Virus record (IMG/VR): IMGVR_UViG_2740892422_000005
Reading direction: 5' to 3' (one strand)
Origin: a virus
Lineage: Duplodnaviria; Heunggongvirae; Uroviricota; Caudoviricetes
DNA length: 30,250 nucleotides
The notes beneath the pieces are model-generated. The model did no database searches, was not told where the DNA came from, and was given only the letters and a program-made list of their open reading frames with translations. Positions within the stretch are counted from its first letter, which is position 1; every line of letters starts with the position of its first letter. Below are positions 1 through 7,909 of this stretch, piece by piece. A program made the position numbers and the translations under genes.

Positions 1-12
1 GGATACCTTTAC

Positions 13-39
13 TGTGTATATAAATAAATTATATACACA
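13..39. promoter_or_regulatory. Perfect 11-bp inverted repeat (TGTGTATATAA / TTATATACACA) around a 5-nt spacer in an AT-rich non-coding stretch
   Basis: Read directly from the sequence: arms 13-23 and 29-39 are exact reverse complements. Function unknown; could be an operator or a hairpin. Confidence 0.3.
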
Positions 40-500
40 TAAATAATGTAAAGGCGTCCTTTTAGATATATCTTATCAAATGTTAATGACTTGAGTGGGA
101 AATATGATTCCAGCAACTTATCATGTGGCTACTTTATAAAAATAATGCCCATATAAAACAACAAGCGAAAAGGATTACGGATAAAAAAGGAGCGAGATGT
201 GCGAACTTGTTATTTTCCATGTTTAATCACCTTAAATAATTGATGATGACGGGATGATTGCATCTGTAATGCTTTTATTGAAATGTTATGATAAAAAAGA
301 ACTTTTGCATAACATTAAAATGTAATTTATCTAATCGTTTTTAATAATAAATGTCGTATTTCTATCCTTGTACCAGCTATTTGATATGTAGTGTTTGTTC
401 ATGCTATGTGGGGCTTTACACCATAGCCAGTTTATTTATACTTTATTCGTCAGCCTGAACAACTGGCATCTGCTGCGCTGCGCCATCGAGAGATTGAGAA

Positions 501-1100
501 ATGGCGCATATACAACTGGTCAAACAAACCTCTTCTGGTTTACTTCTCCCGGCGACGCCGGAGAGTTGCGATTTTTTGCATCAAATCAAAATAGGTGAGT
601 GGATACACGCAGACTTTAAGCGTGTGCGTAACTACGCATTCCACAAGCGTTTTTTCAAACTCCTGCAACTGGGATTCGATTACTGGACTCCGGTCGGTGG
701 GGCGATCACGCCTCGCGAACGAAAACTGGTATCGGGCTTCGTTGATTACCTGTGCGAATCAGTAGGTCGGGAACACACTCCAGCCCTGAGTGATGCCGCA
801 GAGCAATACCTTAATACCGTTGCGACATGCAGAACCCGGGATACGGCATTGCTAAAGTCGTTTGACGCTTTCCGCGAGTGGGTAACCATTCAGGCAGGAT
901 TTTACACCGAGTATATTTATCCTGATGGTAGTCGTGGGCGCAGGGCAAAATCTATCGCATTTGCGAACATGGACGAAACCGAGTTTCAGCAGGTTTATAA
1001 ATCTGTACTGAATGTGCTGTGGAACTGGATCCTGTTCCGTAAATTTTCCTCTCCGGAGGAAGTCGAAAATGTGGCCGCACAGTTACTGGAGTTTGCGTAA
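501..1100 (+). CDS. nin-region phage protein, DUF1367-like (199 aa)
   Basis: ATG at 501, ORF runs to a TAA that overlaps the next start (TAATG). It sits directly upstream of a YbcO-like gene and Q, as in lambdoid nin regions. Family name is from memory, not a search. Confidence 0.5.
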   Translation: MAHIQLVKQTSSGLLLPATPESCDFLHQIKIGEWIHADFKRVRNYAFHKRFFKLLQLGFDYWTPVGGAITPRERKLVSGFVDYLCESVGREHTPALSDAAEQYLNTVATCRTRDTALLKSFDAFREWVTIQAGFYTEYIYPDGSRGRRAKSIAFANMDETEFQQVYKSVLNVLWNWILFRKFSSPEEVENVAAQLLEFA

Positions 1101-1390
1101 TGGTGGATTTACGTAAAGCGGCGCGGGGGCAGATGTGCACCGTCAGAATTCCTGGCTACTGCAATCACAATCCCGAAACATCTGTGCTGGCGCATTACAG
1201 GCTGTCGGGGACGTGCGGAACAGCGACAAAACCACACGATATGCAGGCGGCGATTGCCTGTAGCTCATGCCACGATTTAATCGACGGGAGAGTAAAAACC
1301 AGCGATTACACCAAAGAAGAATTACGCCTGATGCATGCAGAAGGTGTTTTTCGCACACAAGAAATCTGGAGAAAGGAAGGTTATTTATGA
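1100..1390 (+). CDS. YbcO-like DUF1364 family protein (putative nuclease, 96 aa)
   Basis: Translation MVDLRKAARGQMCTVRIPGYCNHNPETSVLAHYRL...CSSCHDLIDGR matches, from memory, the Cys-rich DLP12 YbcO/DUF1364 pattern. Start and stop are coupled to the neighbouring genes. Confidence 0.6.
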   Translation: MVDLRKAARGQMCTVRIPGYCNHNPETSVLAHYRLSGTCGTATKPHDMQAAIACSSCHDLIDGRVKTSDYTKEELRLMHAEGVFRTQEIWRKEGYL

Positions 1391-1929
1391 TTTACCCAAC
1401 AAATACAGGAAAAAGCGGGGAACACCTTCGTCTCACCACGCTGGAAAGTGTCTGGATTCAGGGGAAACTGCGTATGTGGGGGCGCTGGCCGTATATTGGC
1501 GGCGGTAAGACGGGGAATATGTTTAACCAGTTGCTGGCATCCAAAAAATTGACGAAAACAGCCATCAATGAAGCCCTGCGCAGAATGAAAAAAGCGGGAA
1601 TGGATAAAATTGAGCTGGCGATATATTTTCGTGAGATGATCGAAGGAAAGCAAAAAAGCTGGCTGGCGCATTGTACGGATGCGGAGGCGTTATGCATTGA
1701 TCGGGTGATTAGTGAAGTGCTGGCAAAACACCCAGGATTGATTTGTATCCTCCGGCAACGATATGAAGGGAGGGGGATGACTAAGCGTAAAATGGCTGAA
1801 TTGCTGAATGATGCACATCCTGAGTGGTGTTTTAGCACATGCGAAAAGCGAATTGCTAATTGGTTAGCCGTTGCTGAATATGCCCTGTATATTCCCATGC
1901 GAGAATCATTTGCTCAAAAAATAGCTTGA
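1387..1929 (+). CDS. Late-gene antiterminator Q-like protein (181 aa from ATG 1387)
   Basis: The ORF track starts at 1267, but the in-frame ATG at 1387 overlaps the upstream stop (ATGA). It is the last gene before the late promoter, tRNA and lysis region, and has a C-terminal HTH-like segment. Assignment is by position and size. Confidence 0.5.
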   Translation: MIYPTNTGKSGEHLRLTTLESVWIQGKLRMWGRWPYIGGGKTGNMFNQLLASKKLTKTAINEALRRMKKAGMDKIELAIYFREMIEGKQKSWLAHCTDAEALCIDRVISEVLAKHPGLICILRQRYEGRGMTKRKMAELLNDAHPEWCFSTCEKRIANWLAVAEYALYIPMRESFAQKIA

Positions 1930-2104
1930 TTTTTTACGCATAAATTGCTTCAATTCCGGTATGCTTCGCAAAGCTGTATCGCGAGGCGAACCAAGCGCAT
2001 GAACTTTACCAGAACCCGCCATTGAGCGGGTTTTGTTGTTTCTGGGGGGGCATTTCGTTAAATGAAGCTGTGTTGTGCGCAATTAGCTAATAACACGAAT
2101 CGTG

Positions 2105-2125
2105 AATGTATATAATGCGCTTGTT
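2105..2125 (+). promoter_or_regulatory. Candidate late promoter (PR'-like): perfect -10 TATAAT at 2111-2116
   Basis: TATAAT hexamer about 180 bp downstream of the Q-like gene and about 140 bp upstream of the first tRNA. No convincing -35 at 17-bp spacing; Q-dependent late promoters often lack one. Confidence 0.3.
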
Positions 2126-2255
2126 CCTTCGATGGTGTATTCGAATAACGGATTACTGAATACAGCTATCCCATTAAGGGAACACCGCCATCTGCTCATC
2201 GGGAAGAGCCGACCATCATTTAAGTGGTAGTTCGATACCTCGGTGGCGGTTCTGT

Positions 2256-2331
<76 letters not shown>

Positions 2332-2334
2332 TAT

Positions 2335-2409
<75 letters not shown>

Positions 2410-2685
2410 GCATTTGAAATAAGCCTTATTGTATTGCAGCACTGGCGTATTTTTATTACGTGGGAGCAGGTTGTTTCGAAAAAGTATTCTGTTCTCTGGC
2501 TATGATTTGAGGCCAGGTGTAGCCTCAGTGCTGATTTTTTTACGGCAGCAGAATGGTGCATTATCGGTGGAGATTTTGTATTTCCTGGCAGGGCCGGTGA
2601 TGTGCCATCCCGATGTTGTAAACATCGCTAAAAATGACATTGAGATTAATCATATACTAAGCAAAACCTGGAAATACATCCTTTA

Positions 2686-2710
2686 CCGCCTCCACCGGGC
2701 GGTTTTTTTT
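2686..2710 (+). terminator. Intrinsic terminator (tR'-like): CCGCC-loop-GGCGG followed by T8
   Basis: GC stem-loop followed immediately by eight T residues, downstream of the tRNAs and upstream of the lysis genes. Confidence 0.55.
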
Positions 2711-3096
2711 ATTCTGAACCCTAAAAAAAGAAACACGGACACTGATAATGCCCGTGTGGCAATGCCATGTAAGTTAGCGATGAATATGGCGCAAAAAAAA
2801 GCGCGGCCGTCGGATTAACGCCGCGGGACAAAGTCCATGAAGACTCATAAGTATTGGCCCCCTTCTGGGGACATGTTCATACTACTAAGCTTCAGAAGTG
2901 GTTTAAATCATCAAATTAACCTTAATTTTCGATAAGTCTTATTTCATTTCTTTGCGCCACATCTGGCGCGCATCAAATAACGCCACGCAAAGGGCATCTG
3001 CGGATGCCGGTGCTTTTGACGGGGTGTTTTTTACGGGCCGCTGGTGGCCATTTTTTGTTTCCATTACACAGCGCCCGCATCTGCGAGGTGGGGGTT

Positions 3097-3312
3097 ATGA
3101 AATCCATGGATAAGTTAACAACGGGTGTCGCCTATGGCACCTCCGCAGGCAGTGCTGGCTACTGGTTTTTACAGTTGCTCGATAGAGTAACTCCGTCACA
3201 GTGGGCTGCAATCGGTGTGCTGGGTAGTCTGGTTTTTGGCCTGCTGACGTACCTGACAAACCTTTATTTCAAGATTAAAGAAGATAAGCGCAAGGCTGCG
3301 AGAGGTGAATAA
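3097..3312 (+). CDS. S: Class II holin, phage-21 S-type pinholin (71 aa) with dual-start motif
   Basis: [29 protein letters not shown]... starts with the M1-K-S-M4 dual start, has two TM segments and a charged C-terminus. RBS GAGGTGGGGG upstream. The ORF-track start at 3004 is an upstream extension. Confidence 0.85.
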   Translation: MKSMDKLTTGVAYGTSAGSAGYWFLQLLDRVTPSQWAAIGVLGSLVFGLLTYLTNLYFKIKEDKRKAARGE

Positions 3313-3809
3313 TGCCTCCATCATTACGAAAAGCCGTTGCTGCTGCTATTGGTGGCGGAGCAATTGCTATAGCATCGGTGTTAATCACTGGCCCAAGTGG
3401 TAACGATGGTCTGGAAGGTGTCAGCTACATACCATACAAAGATATTGTTGGTGTATGGACTGTATGTCACGGGCATACAGGAAAAGACATCATGCTCGGT
3501 AAAACGTATACCAAAGCAGAATGCAAAGCACTCTTGAATAAAGACCTTGCCACTGTCGCCAGACAAATTAACCCGTACATCAAAGTCGATATACCGGAAA
3601 CAATGCGCGGCGCTCTTTACTCATTCGTTTACAACGTGGGTGCTGGCAATTTCAGAACATCGACGCTTCTTCGCAAAATAAACCAGGGCGATATCAAAGG
3701 CGCATGTGATCAGCTACGTCGCTGGACATATGCTGGCGGTAAGCAATGGAAAGGTCTCATGACTCGTCGTGAGATTGAGCGTGAAATCTGTTTGTGGGGT
3801 CAGCAATGA
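3312..3809 (+). CDS. R: SAR endolysin (lysozyme with N-terminal signal-anchor-release segment, 165 aa)
   Basis: Hydrophobic Gly/Ala-rich N-terminus [20 protein letters not shown] followed by an E...D...T catalytic arrangement (LEG, KDI, WTV), like phage 21 R. Start overlaps the holin stop (TAATG). Confidence 0.85.
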   Translation: MPPSLRKAVAAAIGGGAIAIASVLITGPSGNDGLEGVSYIPYKDIVGVWTVCHGHTGKDIMLGKTYTKAECKALLNKDLATVARQINPYIKVDIPETMRGALYSFVYNVGAGNFRTSTLLRKINQGDIKGACDQLRRWTYAGGKQWKGLMTRREIEREICLWGQQ

Positions 3810-4270
3810 ACAGAGTAACCGCGATTATCTCCGCTCTGGTTATCTGCATCATCGTCTGCCTGTCATGGGCTGTTAATCATTACCGTGATAACGCCATTAC
3901 CTACAAAGCCCAGCGCGACAAAAATGCCAGAGAACTGAAGCTGGCGAACGCGGCAATTACTGACATGCAGATGCGTCAGCGTGATGTTGCTGCGCTCGAT
4001 GCAAAATACACGAAGGAGTTAGCTGATGCGAAAGCTGAAAATGATGCTCTGCGTGATGATGTTGCCGCTGGTCGTCGTCGGTTGCACATCAAAGCAGTCT
4101 GTCAGTCAGTGCGTGAAGCCACCACCGCCTCCGGCGTGGATAATGCAGCCTCCCCCCGACTGGCAGACACCGCTGAACGGGATTATTTCACCCTCCGGGA
4201 ACGACTGGTAATAATGCAGGCCCAACTTGAAGGTGCTCAGCAATACATAACCGAGCAGTGTTTAAAGTAA
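3806..4270 (+). CDS. Rz: Rz inner-membrane spanin (i-spanin)
   Basis: ATG 3806 overlaps the endolysin stop. N-terminal TM helix then a coiled-coil periplasmic domain. An embedded +1-frame lipoprotein gene is present. Confidence 0.8.
   Translation: MNRVTAIISALVICIIVCLSWAVNHYRDNAITYKAQRDKNARELKLANAAITDMQMRQRDVAALDAKYTKELADAKAENDALRDDVAAGRRRLHIKAVCQSVREATTASGVDNAASPRLADTAERDYFTLRERLVIMQAQLEGAQQYITEQCLK
4026..4211 (+). CDS. Rz1: Rz1 outer-membrane lipoprotein spanin (o-spanin), embedded in Rz
   Basis: 61-aa ORF wholly inside Rz in another frame. Signal peptide with lipobox VVVGC and a proline-rich mature part (PPPPPAW...PPP). RBS GAAGGAG lies 7 nt upstream. Confidence 0.75.
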   Translation: MRKLKMMLCVMMLPLVVVGCTSKQSVSQCVKPPPPPAWIMQPPPDWQTPLNGIISPSGNDW

Positions 4271-4384
4271 AATCTTAACTACAATATGATTCATTTTGAT
4301 GATTGTTTCATAAGGAACAGTGAAGTAAGATCTAAGAGGAGTTAAATTTTATACAGTATAATCATAATATTGCAGCAAGGTGGT

Positions 4385-4390
4385 TATAAT
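4385..4390 (+). promoter_or_regulatory. Candidate -10 hexamer TATAAT upstream of trkG (second TATAAT at 4357-4362)
   Basis: Two perfect TATAAT hexamers in the AT-rich spacer between Rz and trkG. No clear -35. Confidence 0.25.
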
Positions 4391-4407
4391 TGAAAGAATA
4401 TTTAGAT

Positions 4408-5865
4408 ATGAATACATCTCATGTAAGAGTTGTTACTCATATGTGTGGGTTCTTGGTTTGGCTTTATAGTCTTTCAATGTTGCCACCAATGGTTGTAGCA
4501 TTGTTTTATAAAGAAAAAAGCCTGTTCGTTTTCTTTATAACTTTCGTTATATTTTTTTGCATTGGTGGCGGAGCGTGGTATACAACTAAGAAATCTGGCA
4601 TTCAATTACGTACCCGTGATGGGTTTATTATAATTGTAATGTTTTGGATTTTGTTTTCTGTTATTAGTGCATTCCCTTTATGGATTGACTCAGAACTTAA
4701 TTTAACGTTCATTGATGCTCTGTTTGAAGGGGTTTCTGGAATAACAACAACAGGAGCAACTGTAATTGATGATGTTAGTTCATTACCTCGGGCATATTTG
4801 TACTATCGGTCACAGTTAAATTTTATAGGTGGTTTAGGAGTTATTGTTCTGGCGGTTGCAGTATTGCCATTATTGGGTATTGGTGGTGCAAAGCTTTATC
4901 AGTCAGAAATGCCGGGGCCATTTAAGGATGACAAACTCACTCCCCGCCTGGCCGATACGTCACGGACACTGTGGATAACTTATTCTTTATTAGGTATTGC
5001 TTGTATTGTCTGTTATAGACTTGCAGGAATGCCTTTGTTTGATGCTATTTGTCACGGGATTTCCACAGTTTCGCTTGGTGGTTTCTCAACTCATAGCGAG
5101 AGTATCGGATATTTTAATAACTATTTGGTTGAGCTGGTGGCTGGTTCTTTTTCCCTGCTATCGGCTTTCAACTTCACTCTTTGGTATATTGTTATTAGCA
5201 GAAAAACGATAAAACCTTTAATCAGAGATATTGAACTTCGTTTCTTTCTGTTAATAGCCTTAGGGGTGATCATTGTTACCTCTTTCCAGGTCTGGCATAT
5301 AGGTATGTATGACTTGCATGGAAGTTTTATTCATTCGTTTTTTCTTGCCAGCTCCATGCTCACTGATAATGGTTTAGCTACGCAGGATTATGCAAACTGG
5401 CCCACGCACACGATAGTGTTTTTGCTGTTGTCAAGTTTCTTTGGGGGATGTATAGGTTCAACCTGTGGTGGAATTAAGTCACTTCGATTTCTTATACTTT
5501 TCAAACAAAGCAAACACGAGATAAATCAGCTTTCTCATCCCAGAGCGTTGTTGAGTGTAAATGTAGGAGGGAAGATAGTTACAGATCGTGTAATGAGGTC
5601 TGTATGGAGTTTCTTTTTTCTTTATACTCTCTTCACGGTGTTTTTTATACTGGTGTTAAATGGTATGGGATATGATTTTCTTACATCATTTGCAACAGTG
5701 GCTGCATGTATTAATAATATGGGATTAGGTTTTGGGGCTACTGCATCGTCATTCGGAGTGCTTAATGACATTGCAAAGTATTTAATGTGCATAGCTATGA
5801 TTCTTGGTCGCCTTGAAATTTATCCTGTTATTATATTGTTTTCAGGTTTTTTTTGGCGCTCCTAA
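4408..5865 (+). CDS. trkG: TrkG/TrkH-family potassium uptake membrane protein (485 aa)
   Basis: Polytopic membrane protein with repeated selectivity-filter-like Gly motifs (GVSGITTTGATV, SLGGFSTHS, GLGFGATA). Matches, from memory, the Rac-prophage TrkG starting MNTSHVRVVTH, so the ATG at 4408 is preferred over the TTG at 4390. Strongly AT-rich compared with flanking phage genes. Confidence 0.9.
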   Translation: MNTSHVRVVTHMCGFLVWLYSLSMLPPMVVALFYKEKSLFVFFITFVIFFCIGGGAWYTTKKSGIQLRTRDGFIIIVMFWILFSVISAFPLWIDSELNLTFIDALFEGVSGITTTGATVIDDVSSLPRAYLYYRSQLNFIGGLGVIVLAVAVLPLLGIGGAKLYQSEMPGPFKDDKLTPRLADTSRTLWITYSLLGIACIVCYRLAGMPLFDAICHGISTVSLGGFSTHSESIGYFNNYLVELVAGSFSLLSAFNFTLWYIVISRKTIKPLIRDIELRFFLLIALGVIIVTSFQVWHIGMYDLHGSFIHSFFLASSMLTDNGLATQDYANWPTHTIVFLLLSSFFGGCIGSTCGGIKSLRFLILFKQSKHEINQLSHPRALLSVNVGGKIVTDRVMRSVWSFFFLYTLFTVFFILVLNGMGYDFLTSFATVAACINNMGLGFGATASSFGVLNDIAKYLMCIAMILGRLEIYPVIILFSGFFWRS

Positions 5866-6002
5866 TATATGGCTGATTTATAATTGTGAGTTTAATATTA
5901 TGTTGACTCACTCATTGATCCAATACCTAACTTTACCAGCAACACCTCCGCCCCCAGTAGCACTGGCTGCTGGGGTGCGTTTTATTCATAAAGCAAGGCT
6001 GT

Positions 6003-6794
6003 ATGAGCGAGAAATTAAAGATAGTCTATCGCCCATTACAAGAATTGTCACCGTATGCGCACAACGCCAGGACGCACAGCCCTGAGCAGGTGGCACAACT
6101 GGTAGAAAGTATTAAGCAATTCGGCTGGACTAATCCGGTGCTGATTGACGAAAAGGGCGAAATTATTGCGGGTCACGGTCGTGTTATGGCGGCTGAAATG
6201 CTCAAAATGGATTCTGTTCCGGTCATTGTTCTGTCTGGCCTGACGGATGAGCAGAAAAAGGCGTACCGCCTGGCAGATAATCGCCTGCCGATGAATGCTG
6301 GCTGGGATGAAGATCTGTTGCGGATGGAGCTGTCGGACCTAATCAATGCTGATTTTGATGTCTCCCTGACAGGCTTCATCCCGACAGAAATTGATGAACT
6401 GTTGACGGATGTTTTGCCCGGTACAGGAAATGAGGAGGAGCCGTATACGACGAAAATTGATACGCCTGTTTATGAGCCGTCGGGCGGTAAACCGGATATC
6501 AGTGAACTGTACGACGATACGAAAACTCAGGAGCTGATCAGCCGGATACGTTCGGCGTCCCTTGAGCCTGATATTGAGAAATTCCTCCTGTGTGCGGCAG
6601 AACGTCACACGGTGTTTAATTTCAGCAGAATTGCGGACTATTACGCTCACGCCCCCGCTGAAATTCAGTGTTTTTTCGAGGAGTCGGCGCTGGTGATCAT
6701 TGATTATCAGCAGGCTATTGAAAATGGATTTGTCCGGATGACGCAGCGCATGGTGGAGATCATGCATGGTGGTGAGGAGGAGGAATATGCGTGA
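6003..6794 (+). CDS. ParB-like nuclease-domain (ParB/sulfiredoxin fold) protein with acidic C-terminus (263 aa)
   Basis: N-terminal motif IIAGHGRVMAA and surrounding sequence are typical of the ParB N-terminal domain. C-terminus ends GGEEEEYA. The N-terminus resembles the Rac ynaK fragment as I recall it. Confidence 0.7.
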   Translation: MSEKLKIVYRPLQELSPYAHNARTHSPEQVAQLVESIKQFGWTNPVLIDEKGEIIAGHGRVMAAEMLKMDSVPVIVLSGLTDEQKKAYRLADNRLPMNAGWDEDLLRMELSDLINADFDVSLTGFIPTEIDELLTDVLPGTGNEEEPYTTKIDTPVYEPSGGKPDISELYDDTKTQELISRIRSASLEPDIEKFLLCAAERHTVFNFSRIADYYAHAPAEIQCFFEESALVIIDYQQAIENGFVRMTQRMVEIMHGGEEEEYA

Positions 6795-7719
6795 TGATTT
6801 TTGCGCCTTTATTCTGACTCACGGGCGACCAGACAAAGTTCTGACTTACCGGACGTTGCGTCGTGCTGGCTATACCGGGAAAATTTTTATCGTTGTTGAT
6901 GATGAAGATAAGACACGGCATCAGTACATGGCTGAATTTGGTGAACAGGTGCTGGTGTTTTCCAAAGCCGATATCGCCAGTCGTTTTGACGAAGCCGATA
7001 ATTTCTGTGACCGCCGCTCAATTTTTTACGCCCGTAATGCCTGTTTTGACCTGGCAAAACTGGTCGGGTGTAAATACTTCATTCAGCTCGATGATGATTA
7101 TCACGAGTTCCAGTTTCGGGTGGATCGCAACTATGACCAGGCCTATTTTCCGATAAGGAAACTGGATGCGATCCTTTCTGAAATGCTGGCGTACTACGAA
7201 TCAATACCTGCTCTTTCCATCGCTATGTCGCAGGGCGGGGATTTTCTTGGTGACAATGGCGGCCATGCTTCGTGGGTGAAACGCAAGGCAATGAACAGCT
7301 TTATCTGTTCGGTTGATCGACCGTTCTCATTCATGGGGCGCATTAACGAGGATGTGAATACGTACACGAATCTCGGTCGCTGTGGTGAATTGTTTATGAC
7401 GATCGGTGCTGTCCAGTTAGGGCAGAAACAGACGCAGAAAAACAGCGGCGGAATGACCGAGCTGTATCTGGATTCCGGAACCTACGTTAAAAGTTTTTAC
7501 TCCGTCATGTATGCGCCGTCGTGCGTAAAAATTTCACTGATGGGTGCCAGCCATAAACGCATTCACCATCAGGTCACCTGGAACAACGCTGCAGTAAAAA
7601 TCCTTCACGAAAAATACAGGAAGAAGACACCCTGCATATCAATGGGGGTGACAAATGATTCCGTATTCGAAAGTCGAGTCTCTGGCAGCGTGCCGGATGA
7701 CTGCACAACAAATCGCTGA
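6787..7719 (+). CDS. GT-A-fold glycosyltransferase-like protein with DxD motif (310 aa from ATG 6787)
   Basis: Start ATG 6787 follows RBS GGAGGAGGA and overlaps the ParB-like stop. Has FILTHGRPDK (strand 1), IVVDDEDK and QLDDDY (DxD) in GT-A order. No TM segments. Substrate unknown. Confidence 0.5.
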   Translation: MRDDFCAFILTHGRPDKVLTYRTLRRAGYTGKIFIVVDDEDKTRHQYMAEFGEQVLVFSKADIASRFDEADNFCDRRSIFYARNACFDLAKLVGCKYFIQLDDDYHEFQFRVDRNYDQAYFPIRKLDAILSEMLAYYESIPALSIAMSQGGDFLGDNGGHASWVKRKAMNSFICSVDRPFSFMGRINEDVNTYTNLGRCGELFMTIGAVQLGQKQTQKNSGGMTELYLDSGTYVKSFYSVMYAPSCVKISLMGASHKRIHHQVTWNNAAVKILHEKYRKKTPCISMGVTNDSVFESRVSGSVPDDCTTNR

Positions 7720-7906
7720 CGTTCTGGATGTTGATCTGAACCGACTGAAAGAAAATCGGGAAGCAATGACAGATTTTTATGCGGCCATCCGTAAGGGCAG
7801 AGCGAAAGGTGAAGCCGAGTTACGAGCGGCATTGTTTAAGCTTGCCAGAAAAGGGGATGCCTTTGCTCTGCGCGAACTACTCAGGGTGGATAAAAATCAG
7901 GACTAA
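7655..7906 (+). CDS. Small phage protein (83 aa), possible HTH DNA-binding, packaging-associated
   Basis: ATG 7655 follows RBS GGGGGTG. Overlaps the 3' end of the GT-A-like gene by 65 nt in another frame. Basic and helical (AAIRKGRAKGEAELRAALFKLARKG). Lies just upstream of the terminase genes. Confidence 0.4.
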   Translation: MIPYSKVESLAACRMTAQQIADVLDVDLNRLKENREAMTDFYAAIRKGRAKGEAELRAALFKLARKGDAFALRELLRVDKNQD

Positions 7907-7909
7907 CTG

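Noticed and set aside
395-598. 67-aa plus-strand ORF in the AT-rich leader
   Set aside because: Overlaps the start of the DUF1367-like gene in another frame, has no RBS and an implausible composition. Treated as non-coding leader.
1267-1386. Upstream extension of the Q-like ORF (track start at 1267)
   Set aside because: Would overlap the YbcO-like gene by 120 nt. The in-frame ATG at 1387 gives the usual ATGA stop/start coupling.
2160-2255. Possible third tRNA or tRNA remnant upstream of tRNA-Thr (contains GGTAGTTCGATACC, a T-loop-like string)
   Set aside because: I could not fold a complete cloverleaf with acceptor and anticodon arms. It may be a degraded remnant but is not supportable as a gene.
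2509-2541. Hairpin GAGGC/GCCTC followed 8 nt later by a T7 run
   Set aside because: The stem is short and separated from the T-run, so it is not a convincing intrinsic terminator. The clear terminator is at 2686-2710.
2429-2818. 129-aa ORF between the tRNAs and the holin
   Set aside because: Runs straight through the tR'-like terminator hairpin and T-run and has no RBS. The region is better explained as the non-coding late leader.
2954-3049. Cluster of short palindromes in the holin leader (GCGCCA-CATC-TGGCGC at 2954-2969, GGCATC-TGCG-GATGCC at 2993-3008, GGCC...GGCC plus T6 near 3036-3056)
   Set aside because: Each stem is only 4-6 bp. They may be leader RNA structure, but I cannot tell them apart from chance in GC-rich sequence without folding energies or conservation.
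3004-3096. Upstream extension of the holin ORF (track start at 3004)
   Set aside because: The extension covers a hairpin-rich leader. The MKSM dual-start with a strong RBS at 3097 matches S21-type pinholins at 71 aa.
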